Assembly: GCA_951406725.2 (NCBI GenBank)
Contig: OX597826.1
Span: 10,354,001-10,418,000 of the forward strand
Length of the DNA stretch: 64,000 bases
Direction: 5' to 3'
Origin: Octopus vulgaris
Lineage: Eukaryota
How positions within the stretch are numbered: position 1 is the stretch's first letter; every line of letters starts with the position of its first letter. The position numbers were made by a program, and so were the translations under genes. The notes below the pieces were generated by a model. That model had not been told where the DNA came from, ran no database searches, and saw only the letters and a program-made list of their open reading frames with translations. Shown here piece after piece: positions 1-13,247 of the stretch.

Positions 1-113
1 CAATTCCATGCAGCCTTGCAGTTCGCAGGATCCTGTGAAGACACCCAAAATCATGCTAGCATGGAAAACAGGCACTAAATGATGATAATGACGGGGACGA
101 TGACAACGACGAC

Positions 114-157
<44 letters not shown>

Positions 158-265
158 CGACGATGATAATGATGTTGACGACGATGATGACGACGATGAT
201 GATGGCGATAATGATGATGATGATGATGACGACGACGACGACGATGATGATGATTTTGATGATGA

Positions 266-314
<49 letters not shown>

Positions 315-410
315 GGTGGTTATGACAATGATGATGGTGTGATGATGACAATGAGAAGGATAACAACAAGGACGACGATGATGACGATGACAACAATGAT
401 GATGACAGAC
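1..410 (+). repeat. 3' end of SINE-C (RTE-type tail) expanding into a (GAT/GAC)n microsatellite
   Basis: catgctagcatggaaaacaggcactaaatgatgat matches the SINE-C terminus at 29080-29135, followed by ~330 bp of GAT-type triplets. The poly-M ORF is an artefact. Confidence 0.8.
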
Positions 411-544
411 TGTCTGTCAATTCTCATACTCCCTAATCCTCACCAACAGAGCGTACCATGATGTGGTTGGTTATATGATGAACATCAAACCATAAAGAAA
501 GAAAAAAATCCCTGACTCCCCACCCCTATCCCCTATGGGGGGGG

Positions 545-581
545 GTGATGATGACGATGATGATGATGGTGATGGTGATGG

Positions 582-628
<47 letters not shown>

Positions 629-643
629 GTGATGATAATAATA

Positions 644-688
<45 letters not shown>

Positions 689-710
689 CTGGTGGTGATG
701 ATGAGGATAA
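545..710. repeat. (GAT)n microsatellite
   Basis: Direct triplet repeat; it generates the spurious poly-D/H/I/S ORFs. Confidence 0.95.
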
Positions 711-1192
711 TATAAAGAGAGTTTTTCTCTGTACAAAAGGCAAACCGAATGAAATTGAATTGAATTGTTTCACTCCAAGTCGGCAGAATGAGACGGCTGG
801 ACATGGCTGTTTGGATGCTGGCAATTTCACACGGCTGATTGGACACTGAACGTGTTTGAACAACAGTATCTTTTGGCACTGGTGGAAAACACATGCACAT
901 ATGCGCAGAATTATATACACATACGACAGATAGAAAAAGAGAAACAGAGGGGGAGAGCGACAGAGAGAGAGAGAGAGAAAGAGAGAGAATTTCAGAAGCA
1001 TTAAAATGTCTTATGTCAAATAAGTCAGCATTGAATTAGCAGTGCTGAATAGGTGGCGCCAAACCAGGTGTGTCAAAACCTCTCACACCTCAGTTCCGTC
1101 CAGATGTAGCTGACCTATCATCAAAGATGATTACTATTTGCTCTTTTTTTTCCAGACAAGGTGTATTTAAGATTACCCTTTCCAGTGTGAGT

Positions 1193-1298
1193 GGAGGTGA
1201 TAGCTTAGTGGTTAAGGTGTTAAACCCATGAACCTAAGATTGTGGTTTTGATTCCTGGATCAGGCAATGTACTATGCTTTTGAACAAAACATTTTATT
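1193..1298 (+). mobile_element. Degenerate tRNA-derived SINE head (SINE-D type), interrupted by an insertion
   Basis: tagcttagtggttaagg (A-box-like) ... ttgattcc (B-box-like) ... ttttgaacaaaacattt, similar to 28534-28640. Confidence 0.6.
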
Positions 1299-1453
1299 AT
1301 TATTATTATTATTCAGGTCACTGCCTGGAATCGAACTCAGAATCTTGGGGTTAGTAGCCCACGCTCTTAACCTTTACACTATATGCCTGTGGGCATACGA
1401 CTAACCCCAAGATTCCAAGTTCGATTCTAGGCAGTGACCTGAATAATAATGAT
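1299..1453. mobile_element. Palindromic tRNA-derived insertion with 13-bp TSD
   Basis: Arms attattcaggtcactgcctggaatcgaactcagaatcttggggttagt and actaaccccaagattccaagttcgattctaggcagtgacctgaataat are reverse complements. aaaacattttatt is duplicated at 1286-1298 and 1454-1466. Confidence 0.75.
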
Positions 1454-1924
1454 AAAACATTTTATTTCATTATGTTTATCAATTTATTTTGCAAGCTTCT
1501 TGATGTGGAATCATGTGTTGAAACAGATATTGTTGTATTTCGGGATGGTCATCTTTTTTTTTTTGCCAAATAAACACATGCACTATATATATATTTTTTT
1601 TTCTTTACTCATTTATTACTGTTCTTATTTTATTATTTTAACTCATGTTCATTGTCAGAAATCTTTTGTCACACATCTGTGACCTCTTCTGCAATACTTT
1701 TCATTTTCATGTGTATTCTTACTCCATTTACTCCTGGTGAAGGGTGACTAGGAAACTAGGGCTTGCAGTCCCCACTGTAGTTAGTGGTGGTAGTGTTCTG
1801 AGTGTTCTATCTTACCCTGTTTTCCGTGAAAAGTGTAGTATTATATACTTTGAAATATGAGGAGTCTGAAAATGAAAATAGCTTTCCCCCTATGATGAAC
1901 CATTTTGAAGTAGTTAGTAAGAAA

Positions 1925-2600
1925 TGAGTAACGTACATATAATTTTGGAAATCACCTTCCAGAAGGAGCTATTCAAGCCATTGTCTTTGAGAAAAAGGTC
2001 AAAATTCTTTTTAAAGTTTGGAAGATAATTCGACATTCACAAACTCTTGAGGCTGATTGAGAGAGAACCAAATGAAGGGAATGTGTAAAACAATGAACAA
2101 CTCCTGTCAGTGATGCAGCTTCTCTGTCTTTAATGACATCAACTGATCCCCTAAAGCTTTCTTGAAGCCTTTCCTTCTCATCAACAGATCGCAAAACGCG
2201 TGACAGTTAGGATTTCATTCGAAGGTTTGTAATAGTCTCACCAAACATGACAGCAACAAATGCTGTTGTTTTCAATCAATGTGTTAATTACATTTTCTCT
2301 TGTAACAGCTATGCAATTAAATGATTTCATTTTGAATATCACTTGGAAGTGATATTCATTTTGAGTATCACTTCAAACCTGCGAAAATGTGTTCTTATAC
2401 TGACAAACTAACAGAAATGGCAAACAGAAAAATTTGTTGAGAATGGGTCATCTTGTCATTCACTCAGACCATTCATAATAGTTTCAATCAAAAGAACAAT
2501 GACATTCCTTGCTGCCAACTTCAGTTTTGATTTTCAGCTTAAGTTTTGGTTTTTCTTTTCCCGAGAATGATAATATTCTTCTGATCTGTTTCAAAGTTGG
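1925..2600 (-). pseudogene. hAT-superfamily transposase fossil (ZMYM1-like/TTF zinc-finger type)
   Basis: ORF 1973-2194 contains VHCFTHSLHLVL (hAT CxxH motif). Minus-strand 2400-2560 reads PKLKLKIK..CSFD*NYYEWSE*MTR*PILNKFFCLPFLL, a TTF-finger-like stretch with stops. Confidence 0.7.
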
Positions 2601-2834
2601 GGAAAGTAGAGAGAAAACTGAACTAATTGACCCTTTTACCATCCTGGAGGTGATTGAAGGCATGAAAAATTCTACTGGGTTATAATATTTTAAAATATAT
2701 CGAAGCTTTACGCTAATAGATAATTTAGGTGCTAGATTAGTTTTTAATGTAATCTTTCTTAAATAACTTTGAATATTTAAAATTAAATTTTAAAATATTG
2801 GCATGAAAGAATGGATGAAAACTTTACTTTTTAA

Positions 2835-2867
<33 letters not shown>

Positions 2868-2994
2868 TGCCAGTTTCTTCTTTTCGTTCTATATGTGAAA
2901 TAGTCAAGAAAATTCTGGGGTCACGTGACTAAATTCAGGTTTTAAAGAGGGATCAAAAATACTCTCTCCATTGGTTAAATCTTTTTATAAAGCA

Positions 2995-3141
2995 AGTGTG
3001 GGTGCATGGTGAGAAGCTTGCTTCCCAACTGCATGGTTTCAGGTCCAGTCCCCTACTAGTGTCTTATACTATAGCCATGGGCCAACAAAAACCTTGTAAG
3101 TGGACTTAATAGAGGGAAACTGAAAACAACCCATTGCATAT

Positions 3142-3188
<47 letters not shown>

Positions 3189-3444
3189 AACTTAGTTGCA
3201 GAAGCGAAACGAAGAGAAAAGATGCATGCGTTCGGTCATATAATAACAATATAATAAATAAATAAAATATATGCATATATACATACATATATGTACATAC
3301 TTACATCTACATGTATATATACAAGCATATATATATATATATATATATGTGTGTACAGGACACCACAAATAAATGTAGAACACAACAAGAAAAGAAAACA
3401 AAATCATGTATGTATATATGCATATATTTTATTTATTATATTGT

Positions 3445-3475
<31 letters not shown>

Positions 3476-3662
3476 CTTTGTGTCTGTGTTTGTCCTTCAC
3501 CAATGCTTGACAAATGGCGTTAGTGTGTTTACGCTAGCACCAGGATAAGCACCAGGATTTAAACAGAGTACTGGGGTAGATTCATTAGACTAAAGGCTAT
3601 TTAAGGTGGTGCCCCAGCATGGCCACAATCTACTGATTGAAACAAATAGAAGATGAAAGATA
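2995..3662 (+). mobile_element. SINE-A, old copy with expanded internal microsatellite and inserts
   Basis: Head gcttgcttcccaac..caggtccagtcc; tail ggtggtgccccagcatggccacaatctactgattgaaacaa. Confidence 0.75.
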
Positions 3663-3999
3663 AAATGTTTGCTCTTCAGCACTGAATAATCATACGAAAT
3701 ATACCAGAATGCAATAAAACAAACTTGTAAATTGATCAAATATGCATTTCTTGACTAAATCTGTCTGACTATGAGGAAAGCCTCAACAAAGTCCTCTCAA
3801 TAGGTAAGTTTTTGATCTCTGCCATCCAGAACGGTAAAAGCATCAGAGAAAAAACAGTTGATGTGTTGGCTGGCTTAACATGGCTGAAAGGCGAGCAGTA
3901 AAATATCTGCTTTCTTTTTCATGGCTGCTCATTATTTGTTTCCCTTGTTGAAAATAATAGAATACAAAGAAAATAAGATCACTGCTCTTACAATGACGG

Positions 4000-4150
4000 A
4001 AAGCAACTAGTAAAAAATTTGCTTTTCCAGGTTCAGTCCCACTGCGTGGCACCTTGGGCAAATGTCTTCTACTAAAGCCTTGGGCCGACCAAAGCCTTGG
4101 GAGTGGATTTGGTGGACGGAAACTGAAAGAAGACCATTGTGTGTGTGTGC

Positions 4151-4226
<76 letters not shown>

Positions 4227-4432
4227 TTATCCCCCCAACATCGCTTGACAACCAATGCTGGTGTGTTTCCATCCCCGTAACTAAGTAGTTCGGCAAAAGA
4301 GACCAATAGAATAAGTACTAGGCTTACAAAGAATAAGTCCTGGGATCAATTTGCTCAACTAAAGGCGGTGCTCCAGCATGGCCACAGTCAAATGACTGAA
4401 ACAAGTAAAAGAGTAAAAGAGGGTAAAAGAGT
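4000..4432 (+). mobile_element. SINE-A (tRNA head, CORE-like accttgggcaagt motif, internal (TA)n(TG)n, AAAAGAGT tail)
   Basis: High similarity to the copies at 17180-17600 and 62989-63392. Confidence 0.9.
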
Positions 4433-4499
4433 ACTATGTTTCTGTTGACAACTAAACACCACTGGAAGGCAAACAGTAAAATATCAATAATCAATTATA

Positions 4500-4800
4500 T
4501 CATTATCATCATCATCATCATCATCATCATCCTCGTTTAACGTCTGTTTTCCGTGCTAGCTTGGGTTGGACGGTTCGACCGGGGTCTGGGAAGCCAGGAG
4601 GCTGCACCAGGCTCCAGTCTGATCTGGCAGTGTTTCTACAGCTGGATGCCCTTCCTAACGCCAACCACTCTGTGAGTGTAGTGGGTGCTTTTTACGTGCC
4701 ACTGGCACAGGTGCTAGGGGAGGCTCGCAAACGGCCACGATCGGTTGGTGCCTTTTATGTGCCAGCGGCACAGAAGCCAGTCAAGGAGGTGCTGGCATAT
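4500..4800 (-). mobile_element. SINE-C (RTE-related, (GAT)n tail)
   Basis: Reverse complement contains ttggcgttaggaagggcatccagctgtagaaac...gctagcacggaaaacagacgttaaacgaggatgatgat. Confidence 0.85.
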
Positions 4801-5009
4801 TACACAAAATTTATCTATCATGGGAAAATAGTAAGGCATGTAGGGCCTGCATTGCATACATAGACCCTTCACCCCTGGAAACCAGCCCTGTGAGACAATA
4901 TCACTCGGAAAGGATCTTTCCGATGCAAAGGTAGAATGGGATTTCCTTTCAGGAGTGTAATTTGGATTTTTTTCAGCTGAATGATTTGTAATATGGGATG
5001 CTCCCTCAC

Positions 5010-5265
5010 AGGTTTGGCTGTGTGAAGTATGTGTACAGAGTGTGATGAATGAATGCTGGGTGTAAAAGAAAGTTATGTGTTCTACCCCTGAAGGGTTCAT
5101 GGGTACCCACGACAAAGGAAGACTTGGTAAACACGTGGGAAGTGGCAAGGCTGGAGCTTCGGATGAGACGACAAAAGATTGAGACATACGGTGATATGTG
5201 GTATGACAAACCTGTCTATATTGTATTGCTAAAGGTAAATGACTATCAGAAGACTGTTGGTGAGA

Positions 5266-5314
<49 letters not shown>

Positions 5315-5376
5315 CGACGATGATGATGATGATGATGACGATGATGACGACGACGACGATGATGGTGACGACGACA

Positions 5377-5407
<31 letters not shown>

Positions 5408-5543
5408 CGACGACGACGATGATGGTGATGATGATGGTGATGATGATGGTGATGATGATGACGATGATGATGATAACGATGATGACGATGATGATGATGA
5501 CGATGATGATGATGATGATGATGATGATGACGATGATGATGAC

Positions 5544-5578
<35 letters not shown>

Positions 5579-5579
5579 C

Positions 5580-5615
<36 letters not shown>
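5010..5615 (+). mobile_element. Possible decayed RTE-LINE 3' end followed by a ~350 bp (GAT)n tract
   Basis: Remnant gtgatgaatgaatgctgggtg...gaagggt...aggaagacttgg resembles the RTE C-terminal RM..CWVK..EG..RKTW. A (GAT)n run follows at 5266-5613. Confidence 0.5.
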
Positions 5616-6196
5616 ATACATAATAATTTTAGACAAAAGTACAAAAATGAACCCACAATGAATCCTATACTTCTTACATAATTGATTTGTTACCATTGAA
5701 TTTACATATAAGCACATACACATACTCTCATGTACACACACACACACACACAAGCACACACACACATCTATACATGTGTGTATACGTAATCACTAAGTCA
5801 CACTTTTTTACACAACATTTGTTTTATCACCCCAGTAAGCATAAACAGAGACAGTCACATGCACACGCACATGTATACACACACACACATGTATACACAC
5901 ACACACATGTATACACACACACACACACACGCACACAGAAACGCATGTGTGTGTGTGTGTGTGTGTGTGTTTGTATCTATGTCTGTCTTTATGTTTGTTC
6001 TTGCTGGTGTGAAGAAAGAAAGAAGCAAACCAATGTTGTGTAAAAAGTGTAACTTAGTGATATGACAAGTGGAAATCGATAAAATAATTACTGGACTGAA
6101 ATAAGTATTGAGATGAATATGGTTCAACTAGAACCCCTTGAAGGCAATTCCCTGCCTTGTATGGCTGTTGTCCAATTACTGAAACCAGTTAAATAG

Positions 6197-6610
<414 letters not shown>

Positions 6611-6683
6611 CTCTCTAGTTTCAGCTCAGAGTTGCGGCCATGCTGATGCACCGCCGTTTAAACAGAACAATAAGGTCTCACCG

Positions 6684-6719
<36 letters not shown>

Positions 6720-7318
6720 ACATACACATATACACAAGTAAGCACATAAATGTAAAAAAAGGTGGAAAAAAATAGTGATATGCATTTTTATCATAGCTGA
6801 GTAATAGATTTGTGATGTCTTTGAAGCTTTAATAAAAACAGTATATATATATGTATATATATATATAAATATATATATATATCACACACACACATGTATA
6901 TGTGTTGAATGAAGCATGCCTTATGATCGAAATTTTGTGAAAGTTTGTCAGGCTGCTTGTAGATCAGTATTGTCACATATTGTCTTCATATTGATTTGGC
7001 TTCGAAATTATATGAAGGGAATATGTGTTTCAGTCATATCTATTTCTTTTCCTTTTTCTTTTCTTTTTTTTCTTCTTTCCCTTTTACGATCCCTTTTTGA
7101 TCGAAAACCTACCCCACTTTTTTTTTTCCTCCAAAAAAAGAAAAGCTCTACTTTAATCTGTCCCGTCTGTGTGCAGCCCTGTGTGGCTAATAAAGAAACA
7201 TATCTATCTATCTATCTATCTATCAATCAATCTCTCTATCTGTCTATCTATCTATCTACCTACCTACCTACCTACCTACCTACCTACCTACCTACCTATC
7301 TATCTATCTATCTATCTA

Positions 7319-7376
<58 letters not shown>

Positions 7377-8389
7377 TATATACATATATATATAGTTCAA
7401 ATTTACAGAAAACAAAAGATGAAGATGGGTGAGGTATTTTTCTTTTTATCTTTTTCCGTATTGAGCAGATGTGGTCAATAGTTCTGACCAGCTGTGTGTG
7501 TGTGTGTGTGTGTGTGTCTATGCATGTGTGTTGTTTTTGTTTTTTGGAAATATATATTGTGTGTGTGTGTGTTATCATGATGTGTGTGCTTGTGTGTGTG
7601 TGTGTGTATGCTTCTTCTTTTGTTTTTGGGGGTGTATGTGTGTGCATATGTATGTGCATTTTTTTGTTTTTTGGAAACATGTTCTGGAACTTGTGGTGTG
7701 TGGGTTTATACTGTGTGTTTTGTATGTGTGTGTGTGTGACAGGTCCTTAATTATTGAGTAATGGTGCGTGTTTTGATATTTCATACAGGCAAGAAGGGAT
7801 AAGAATCTCTCTGTGATCCATCCACTAATCCAGTATCAGCTGATGAAATGAATCAATGATGATCAACCGATGCCCACGGATACTACAGACTATACTGTAC
7901 TCATCCCAAGGATACCGGATCTCATGTCAAAATCATGTGATTTATGGAAATGTGCGTAGCGATGTATTAAATATTTATAAACTCTATCCTAGAATTATTG
8001 TTGTTATTATTATATTTATCCTACCTTATATCGGTAAAACCATTCTGCAAGCCTGAAAAACTGACTCACTGGTTGGTATCATTAGACAATAGCTGGCATA
8101 ATGAAATAGGAATTTTATTTGCATACCATTAACGTTACCATAAGCTAATTTAAAAGACGTGTGTGTGTGTGTGTGTGTATCAGCTAATGTCTCTAATGCA
8201 ATGTCCAGTTCACATGTGGTCTGTTATTCCTGCAGGTTAACACAACAAATCCAACAGTTTATCTGCACCCCATTTTTTTCAAGAATTCATTCTGCTGAAC
8301 GGACCTCAATTGCATTAGGTTTTTGTCCATTTTCCAGTACTTGAAGCTCTGTAATTTCCTATGAAAATGCAATTCCTAAAATATTATTT

Positions 8390-8750
8390 GTTTAAAATAC
8401 CTGTTCTGGTACCACATGTGAAGCACCTGTACTGATGCCATGTAAAATGCACTTGTACTGGTGCTACATAAAATATACATGTGTCGGTGCCATGTAAAAA
8501 AAAGCACCTGTTCTGTTGCTATGTAAAAAATGTAAAAAAACACCTAGTATGCTCTGTAAAGTTGTTGGTGTTAGGAAGGGCATTACAGCTGTTCCTAACT
8601 CATGCCAAACAGACAACTGGAGCCTGGTGTAGCTCTCTGGTTTGCCAACTCCAGTCGGACAGTCATTCCACCCAGCATGGAAAGCAGACATTAAATGTTG
8701 ATGATAATGATGGTAATGATGATGGTGATGATGATGATGATGATGATTAT
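8390..8750 (+). mobile_element. SINE-C, diverged copy
   Basis: Internal tgccatgtaaaa..gcacc repeats, ttggtgttaggaagggcat, and cagcatggaaagcagacattaaatgttgatgat tail. Confidence 0.75.
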
Positions 8751-9699
8751 CACATACTATGATGTAAAATTATATAAATTGGTTTTATCATCATCAACAT
8801 AGTTTAGTCATCATCATCATCGATACCAGCATTGTGATGGTTGCCTCCTCATTACATCATCCTTCTCATGCTCTTCGTCATCACTCTTTTCCTCTTACTT
8901 AATCTCATCTTCTTTTTGTCTTCCTCCTCATTATTTTACAACCTTCTTTTCTTCCTCTTCCTTTTCCCTTCTTCTCCCTTTCCTCCTTCTCCTTTTCCTA
9001 CTCCTACTTTTCCTCCTCCACCTTTGCCACCACCACCACCACCACCACTGCCGCCGCTGCTGCCACCACCACCACTGCTGCCACACCCACTGCCGCCACC
9101 ACCACAATCACAGTTGAATGTATTAAAAAAACTTCTTGTGTTCATCCTGATTTCAAAGCTGGTTGCCTTCCTGTCGCCTTTGAAACCCATACAAATAACT
9201 TGAACTGTTGATGCGATACACTCATTAAATGCACATAAACACATTACCATTTCCACTGCCTCAGGTAGCAAATATACCCCATCCCTAGAACTAATTTACA
9301 GAGGCACAGAACTGGAATAGTTAAAGTTTAATGTGCTTTGCTCACAAATACGCTACAATCCATGGTCGTGATAAAATGGCTTGCAGTATGATAACTTGTT
9401 TTGATTCAGTGAGGTGGAATTATTATGGCTTTATTTGATATCAAAATGCTTTCAGTTTGAAGATCTAGAAATTGCATCCTCATAATAGAAGAAATAGCAT
9501 TTATTTGTATTTTATAAACAAACATAAACTGTGTAGGTGGTAAAGAAGTGTGATTTGCGAGTATGTTTTTTGGGTTCAATTCCACTATGCAACACCTTAG
9601 GTTAGAGAATTGTACTAAATCCATGAGTTGATTGATACATTGCGAGTGTGGAATTTGGTAAATGGAAACAGTGGAGAATCTCATTGGATATATATATGT

Positions 9700-9928
9700 A
9701 TTTATTTACTGCCCACAAGGGGCTAAACATAGAGGGGACAAACAAGGACAGACAAAGGGATTAAGTCGATTACATTGACCCCAGTGCGTAACTGGTACTT
9801 TATTTATTGACCCCGAAAGGATGAAAGGCAAAGTCGACCCCGGCGGAATTTGAACTCAGAACATAATGGCAGATGAAATACGGCTACACATTTCACCCGG
9901 CGGGCTAACGTTTCTGCCAGCTCACCGC
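9700..9928 (-). mobile_element. SINE-B monomer
   Basis: Reverse complement: gagctggcagaaacgttagc...gagttcaaattccgcc...gcctttcatcctttcggggtc...ccccttgtgggcagtaaa. Confidence 0.9.
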
Positions 9929-9981
9929 ATTGGATATATATGGTACCCCAGCATGCCACAGCTTTTGGCTGAGACCAATAA

Positions 9982-12203
9982 CACAATGTAACACATGTTT
10001 TGTTTATTTGTATTTTTTTAATGTTCATATATGTATTTTTTGCCACTAAATTCAAAAACCACATTCATTTTGTTGTAACATAAATAGTTATATATTCCTA
10101 CTTTCATATTTGCTCGTTATATTTGTAACTTTTCTCAATAGCACTTTGTTGGTTCAGTCTATTCTAGTAGTGTAAGGATAATTACACAACATTTAGTACT
10201 TTTTCATATATTGAAAGGTTTTTCAGGAAGCATAAATTAGTTAGAACAAAAAGAAACGATAAAACTCTGCACTGTAAATGCCTTGATAACTCTTTTCTTA
10301 AGATGAGAAGTGCCTTGACGATCGAGATTTTCTGGAGTGTATACCTTCATCTCTTCTGACTAGAGACCATATATAATCTCCCATCATAGCAGTATCCCAT
10401 TGTCCTTGGTATCTTCTTTCCATAGTTGCGATGTCCTGATGAAATTTCTCACCATGTTCCTCACTGACATCACCCAAGTTTTTGGGGAAAAAAATCTAGG
10501 TGAGAGTGCAAAACATGAACCTTTAAGGACATACGACGACCCATTTTCTTGAAGTCTTCAATAAGCTTTGCTACCAGCTGTTTGTAATTAGGATTCTTGT
10601 GATTTCCTAGAAATCCATGGACTACATCACGAAATGCACACCAAGCTTCTTTTTCAACTTTTGTCATCACTCTTTCCAGTTTCTTCGACTTTAACATTGC
10701 ATTTACTTGGGGCCCAACAAATATGCCACCCTTGATCTTAGCCTCAGATAGCTTTGGAAACATAAGACAAATTTCTTGGAAAGCGTCTCCTCTAAAATCT
10801 AAGGCCTTCACAAACTGTTTTACCAATCCGAGTTTGATATGAAGTGGGGGTAATAAGATTTTGTTGGAATCTACTAGTGGCTGTTTGAGAACATTTAACA
10901 TTCCTGGCTGCAGTTCCACTCATGGGGGTCAGTATACTCTCTTGTAATGATGATCATCAACTCTGCTTTCCCACAAGCAAAGGCAGCATGAATACTTTGC
11001 GTATCCCCCTTGCAAGCCAAGCAAGAAGGCAAGCGTCTTGAAATCACCATAAACATCCCACTTGAACTCAGCGTAATTTATTTTGTCAAAAGTTCTTTGA
11101 CATTATCGTAATTTTCTTTCTTCTGTAAGGAGTGTGCAAGAGGCAAAGAAGGATATTTATTTCCATTGTGGAGCAACACTGCTTTGAGACTTCATGTTGA
11201 GCTATCTATGAACAGCACCATTCTGCAGAATCATGCTTGAGTCCAATAGCAGTAAATAAACTAATCACATCTTTACAATAACACAGATCATTAATATTTT
11301 CATAGTAAATTTCAAATTCTTCATGGCGTTTCCGGGACACATGTCTTGCCGTCTTCCCCTAGTAGATTCCATTCCTTTAACCTTGATGAAAAAAGTTCAG
11401 CTCCTGACTTAGTAAGACCCAGATCCCTGATTAAATCATCTAGCTCACTCTGATTTGAAAAATGAGGCTCCGAAGTCGTTCTTGGTATGAAAGCTTCCTC
11501 CATTTCTTGGCTGCTGCTACTTGTTGATTCTTCAGATGAAATATTTTCTGGTGGTAGTGGTACTTGTAAACTGTCATCATGTGGGACAGGTGCTCTAGAT
11601 GATGGTATGTCTGGATACTGAAGAGCTTGTCTTCCTTTCACTTTTCTGTACTTTGTCACATCGATCATACAAAAGTAACAGTCATCGTGATAGTTCTTTG
11701 ACTCTCTCCATACCCTTGGAATGGCAAAAGGCATTGAGCTTCCTGTACCTCTTAACCATCCTTCTAGAGTAGATCGACAGCTTCCACATATCACATGTGG
11801 AGTCCACGGTTTGTCCTGGTCACCTGTGGGCTTTCCAAAATAGAGTCTGTACGCTATCCACAATTTGGCACCTTTTACAATCTTATGTAATACCTGCTTT
11901 TTTCCAATATAATAACCACACACATAGCAAAATGTATCTGGAGAATTTTTACATACTCTAGTAGCCATCCTGAAAGTAGCAGAACTTAGTAATTGATCTG
12001 AAAGAGAAAATTAGACATACATTTAGTAGCGGAACATTATAACAATACCGAATATATAATAACATTGAAAGTCGACATACTTTTTTAACTGTTGATGATA
12101 CACAAAATATAATTTCATTTTTGGAATCAGCAGAAAAAATGGATTGATAAACAATAAAAAAAATACAATAAACAAATTTTTTTTTGAAAATTGTTACATT
12201 GTG
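9982..12203 (-). mobile_element. Full-length Chapaev3-like (CMC superfamily) DNA transposon, 2222 bp
   Basis: TIRs CACAATGTAACA (9982) and TGTTACATTGTG (12192-12203), extended by imperfect tttgtttatt(t)gtattttt. TAA TSD at 9979-9981 and 12204-12206. Confidence 0.88.
10298..11968 (-). pseudogene. Chapaev3-type transposase with frameshifts and premature stops
   Basis: Motifs FCYVCG, GDQDKPWTPHVICGSC, WRE..HDDCYFC, LFIDSS, LKAVLLHNGN, GDFK..LLGLQGGY.KY.CCLCLW, LPPLHIKLGLVKQFVKAL, MSLKVHVLHSHLDFF, SEEHGEKFHQDI..MERRYQG.W are spread over several frames. Confidence 0.9.
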
Positions 12204-12254
12204 TAATTGGATAATATGTGTGTGCGTGAGTGTCAATAGATATATGTGTGTGTG

Positions 12255-12310
<56 letters not shown>

Positions 12311-12570
12311 TTTGTAAATGGTAAGGGATTACTCCAAACATTTACTGGCTTGCTCTCAGTTAGGTATTCAAAATATGTTATTTAACAGTTAATATATAAA
12401 TCCAATAATAATATTCTCATAAGATAAGAGTTTAGAGAAACGTTCTCTTGGATAATTCTGAATATATTACCTGAACTATAAAGGTTTCCTGGACTATATA
12501 ATCTCATCAATAATATTAACAAGGATTATTATGAAGTGGCATAGCATTACCTTTAATTCTGTTTATATAT

Positions 12571-12762
12571 ATATATAAACGATAGATCGTTAACCACTAC
12601 ACACATTTTTCTCTCTCCTTTTTTCTGTGTCCCTTTCTGCAGAAGAGTATAGGCTCGAAACGTAAAAGACTTTTTCTATTCCTGAGCGTTATACTAATAC
12701 ATCTGTTTGTTTTGTACACCACCTGTCTTCGTCTTTTGTTTTTTTTGTGAACTCTCCCTATG
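12571..12762 (+). mobile_element. Short Penelope-like/retrozyme-like element between (TA)n tracts, with hammerhead-like motif
   Basis: CTTT-CTGCAGA-A-GAGT(atag)GCTC-GAA-ACGT-A-AAAG at 12633-12668; (TA)n on both flanks. Confidence 0.6.
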
Positions 12763-13144
12763 TATATATATATATATATATACAGCTCTACACAGACCTA
12801 CACATGTTTCAACTACACTGATTAGTAACTGCTGCAATTGCAACCCAACTATAATACAAGTGCAGTTTCTTAAGGGTCTTTCAATTCACACACACACACA
12901 TATATGTATGTATGTATACATATATATATATGCACATACATATATTTTGTTGTTTCTTAGGAGGGTTATTACACCAATAATCATTACATACACATAGGTT
13001 CAATTCCAGTTCTTTACGGTTAGTCAACTGGTTAACTATCAAATCAAGTAACTGTTTAATATGTTGGTTAAACAGTCAGTTGTTTGTTTGTTCGTCTTAA
13101 CAAGCAAACCACCAATTATATATATATATATATATATATATATC

Positions 13145-13247
13145 TCAGAACTAGAGAATAAAAGAATTACAATGCTTACTGCTATTATTGTAGCAGAATG
13201 ATACAATAATAGCAGTACTGCTAAATTCTTTTATTCTCTAGTTCTGA
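13145..13247. other. Long inverted repeat (24-bp plus 16-bp stems)
   Basis: tcagaactagagaataaaagaatt / aattcttttattctctagttctga and tactgctattattgta / tacaataatagcagta are perfect reverse complements. Confidence 0.9.

Noticed and set aside
79-1001. Poly-M/D/H/I/S ORFs
   Set aside because: Translations of (GAT)n microsatellites, with no splice or domain evidence.
3680-3803. Exon-like segment bounded by ttcag and gtaagt
   Set aside because: Stops in all three frames. It could only be non-coding and has no other support.
5049-5765. 210-aa poly-Asp ORF resembling an acidic biomineralisation protein
   Set aside because: The Asp run is a (GAT)n retroelement-type tail and the N-terminal part looks like decayed LINE sequence.
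8841-9271. Pro-rich / Gly-rich ORFs
   Set aside because: Derived from (CCT)n/(CCA)n low-complexity tracts.
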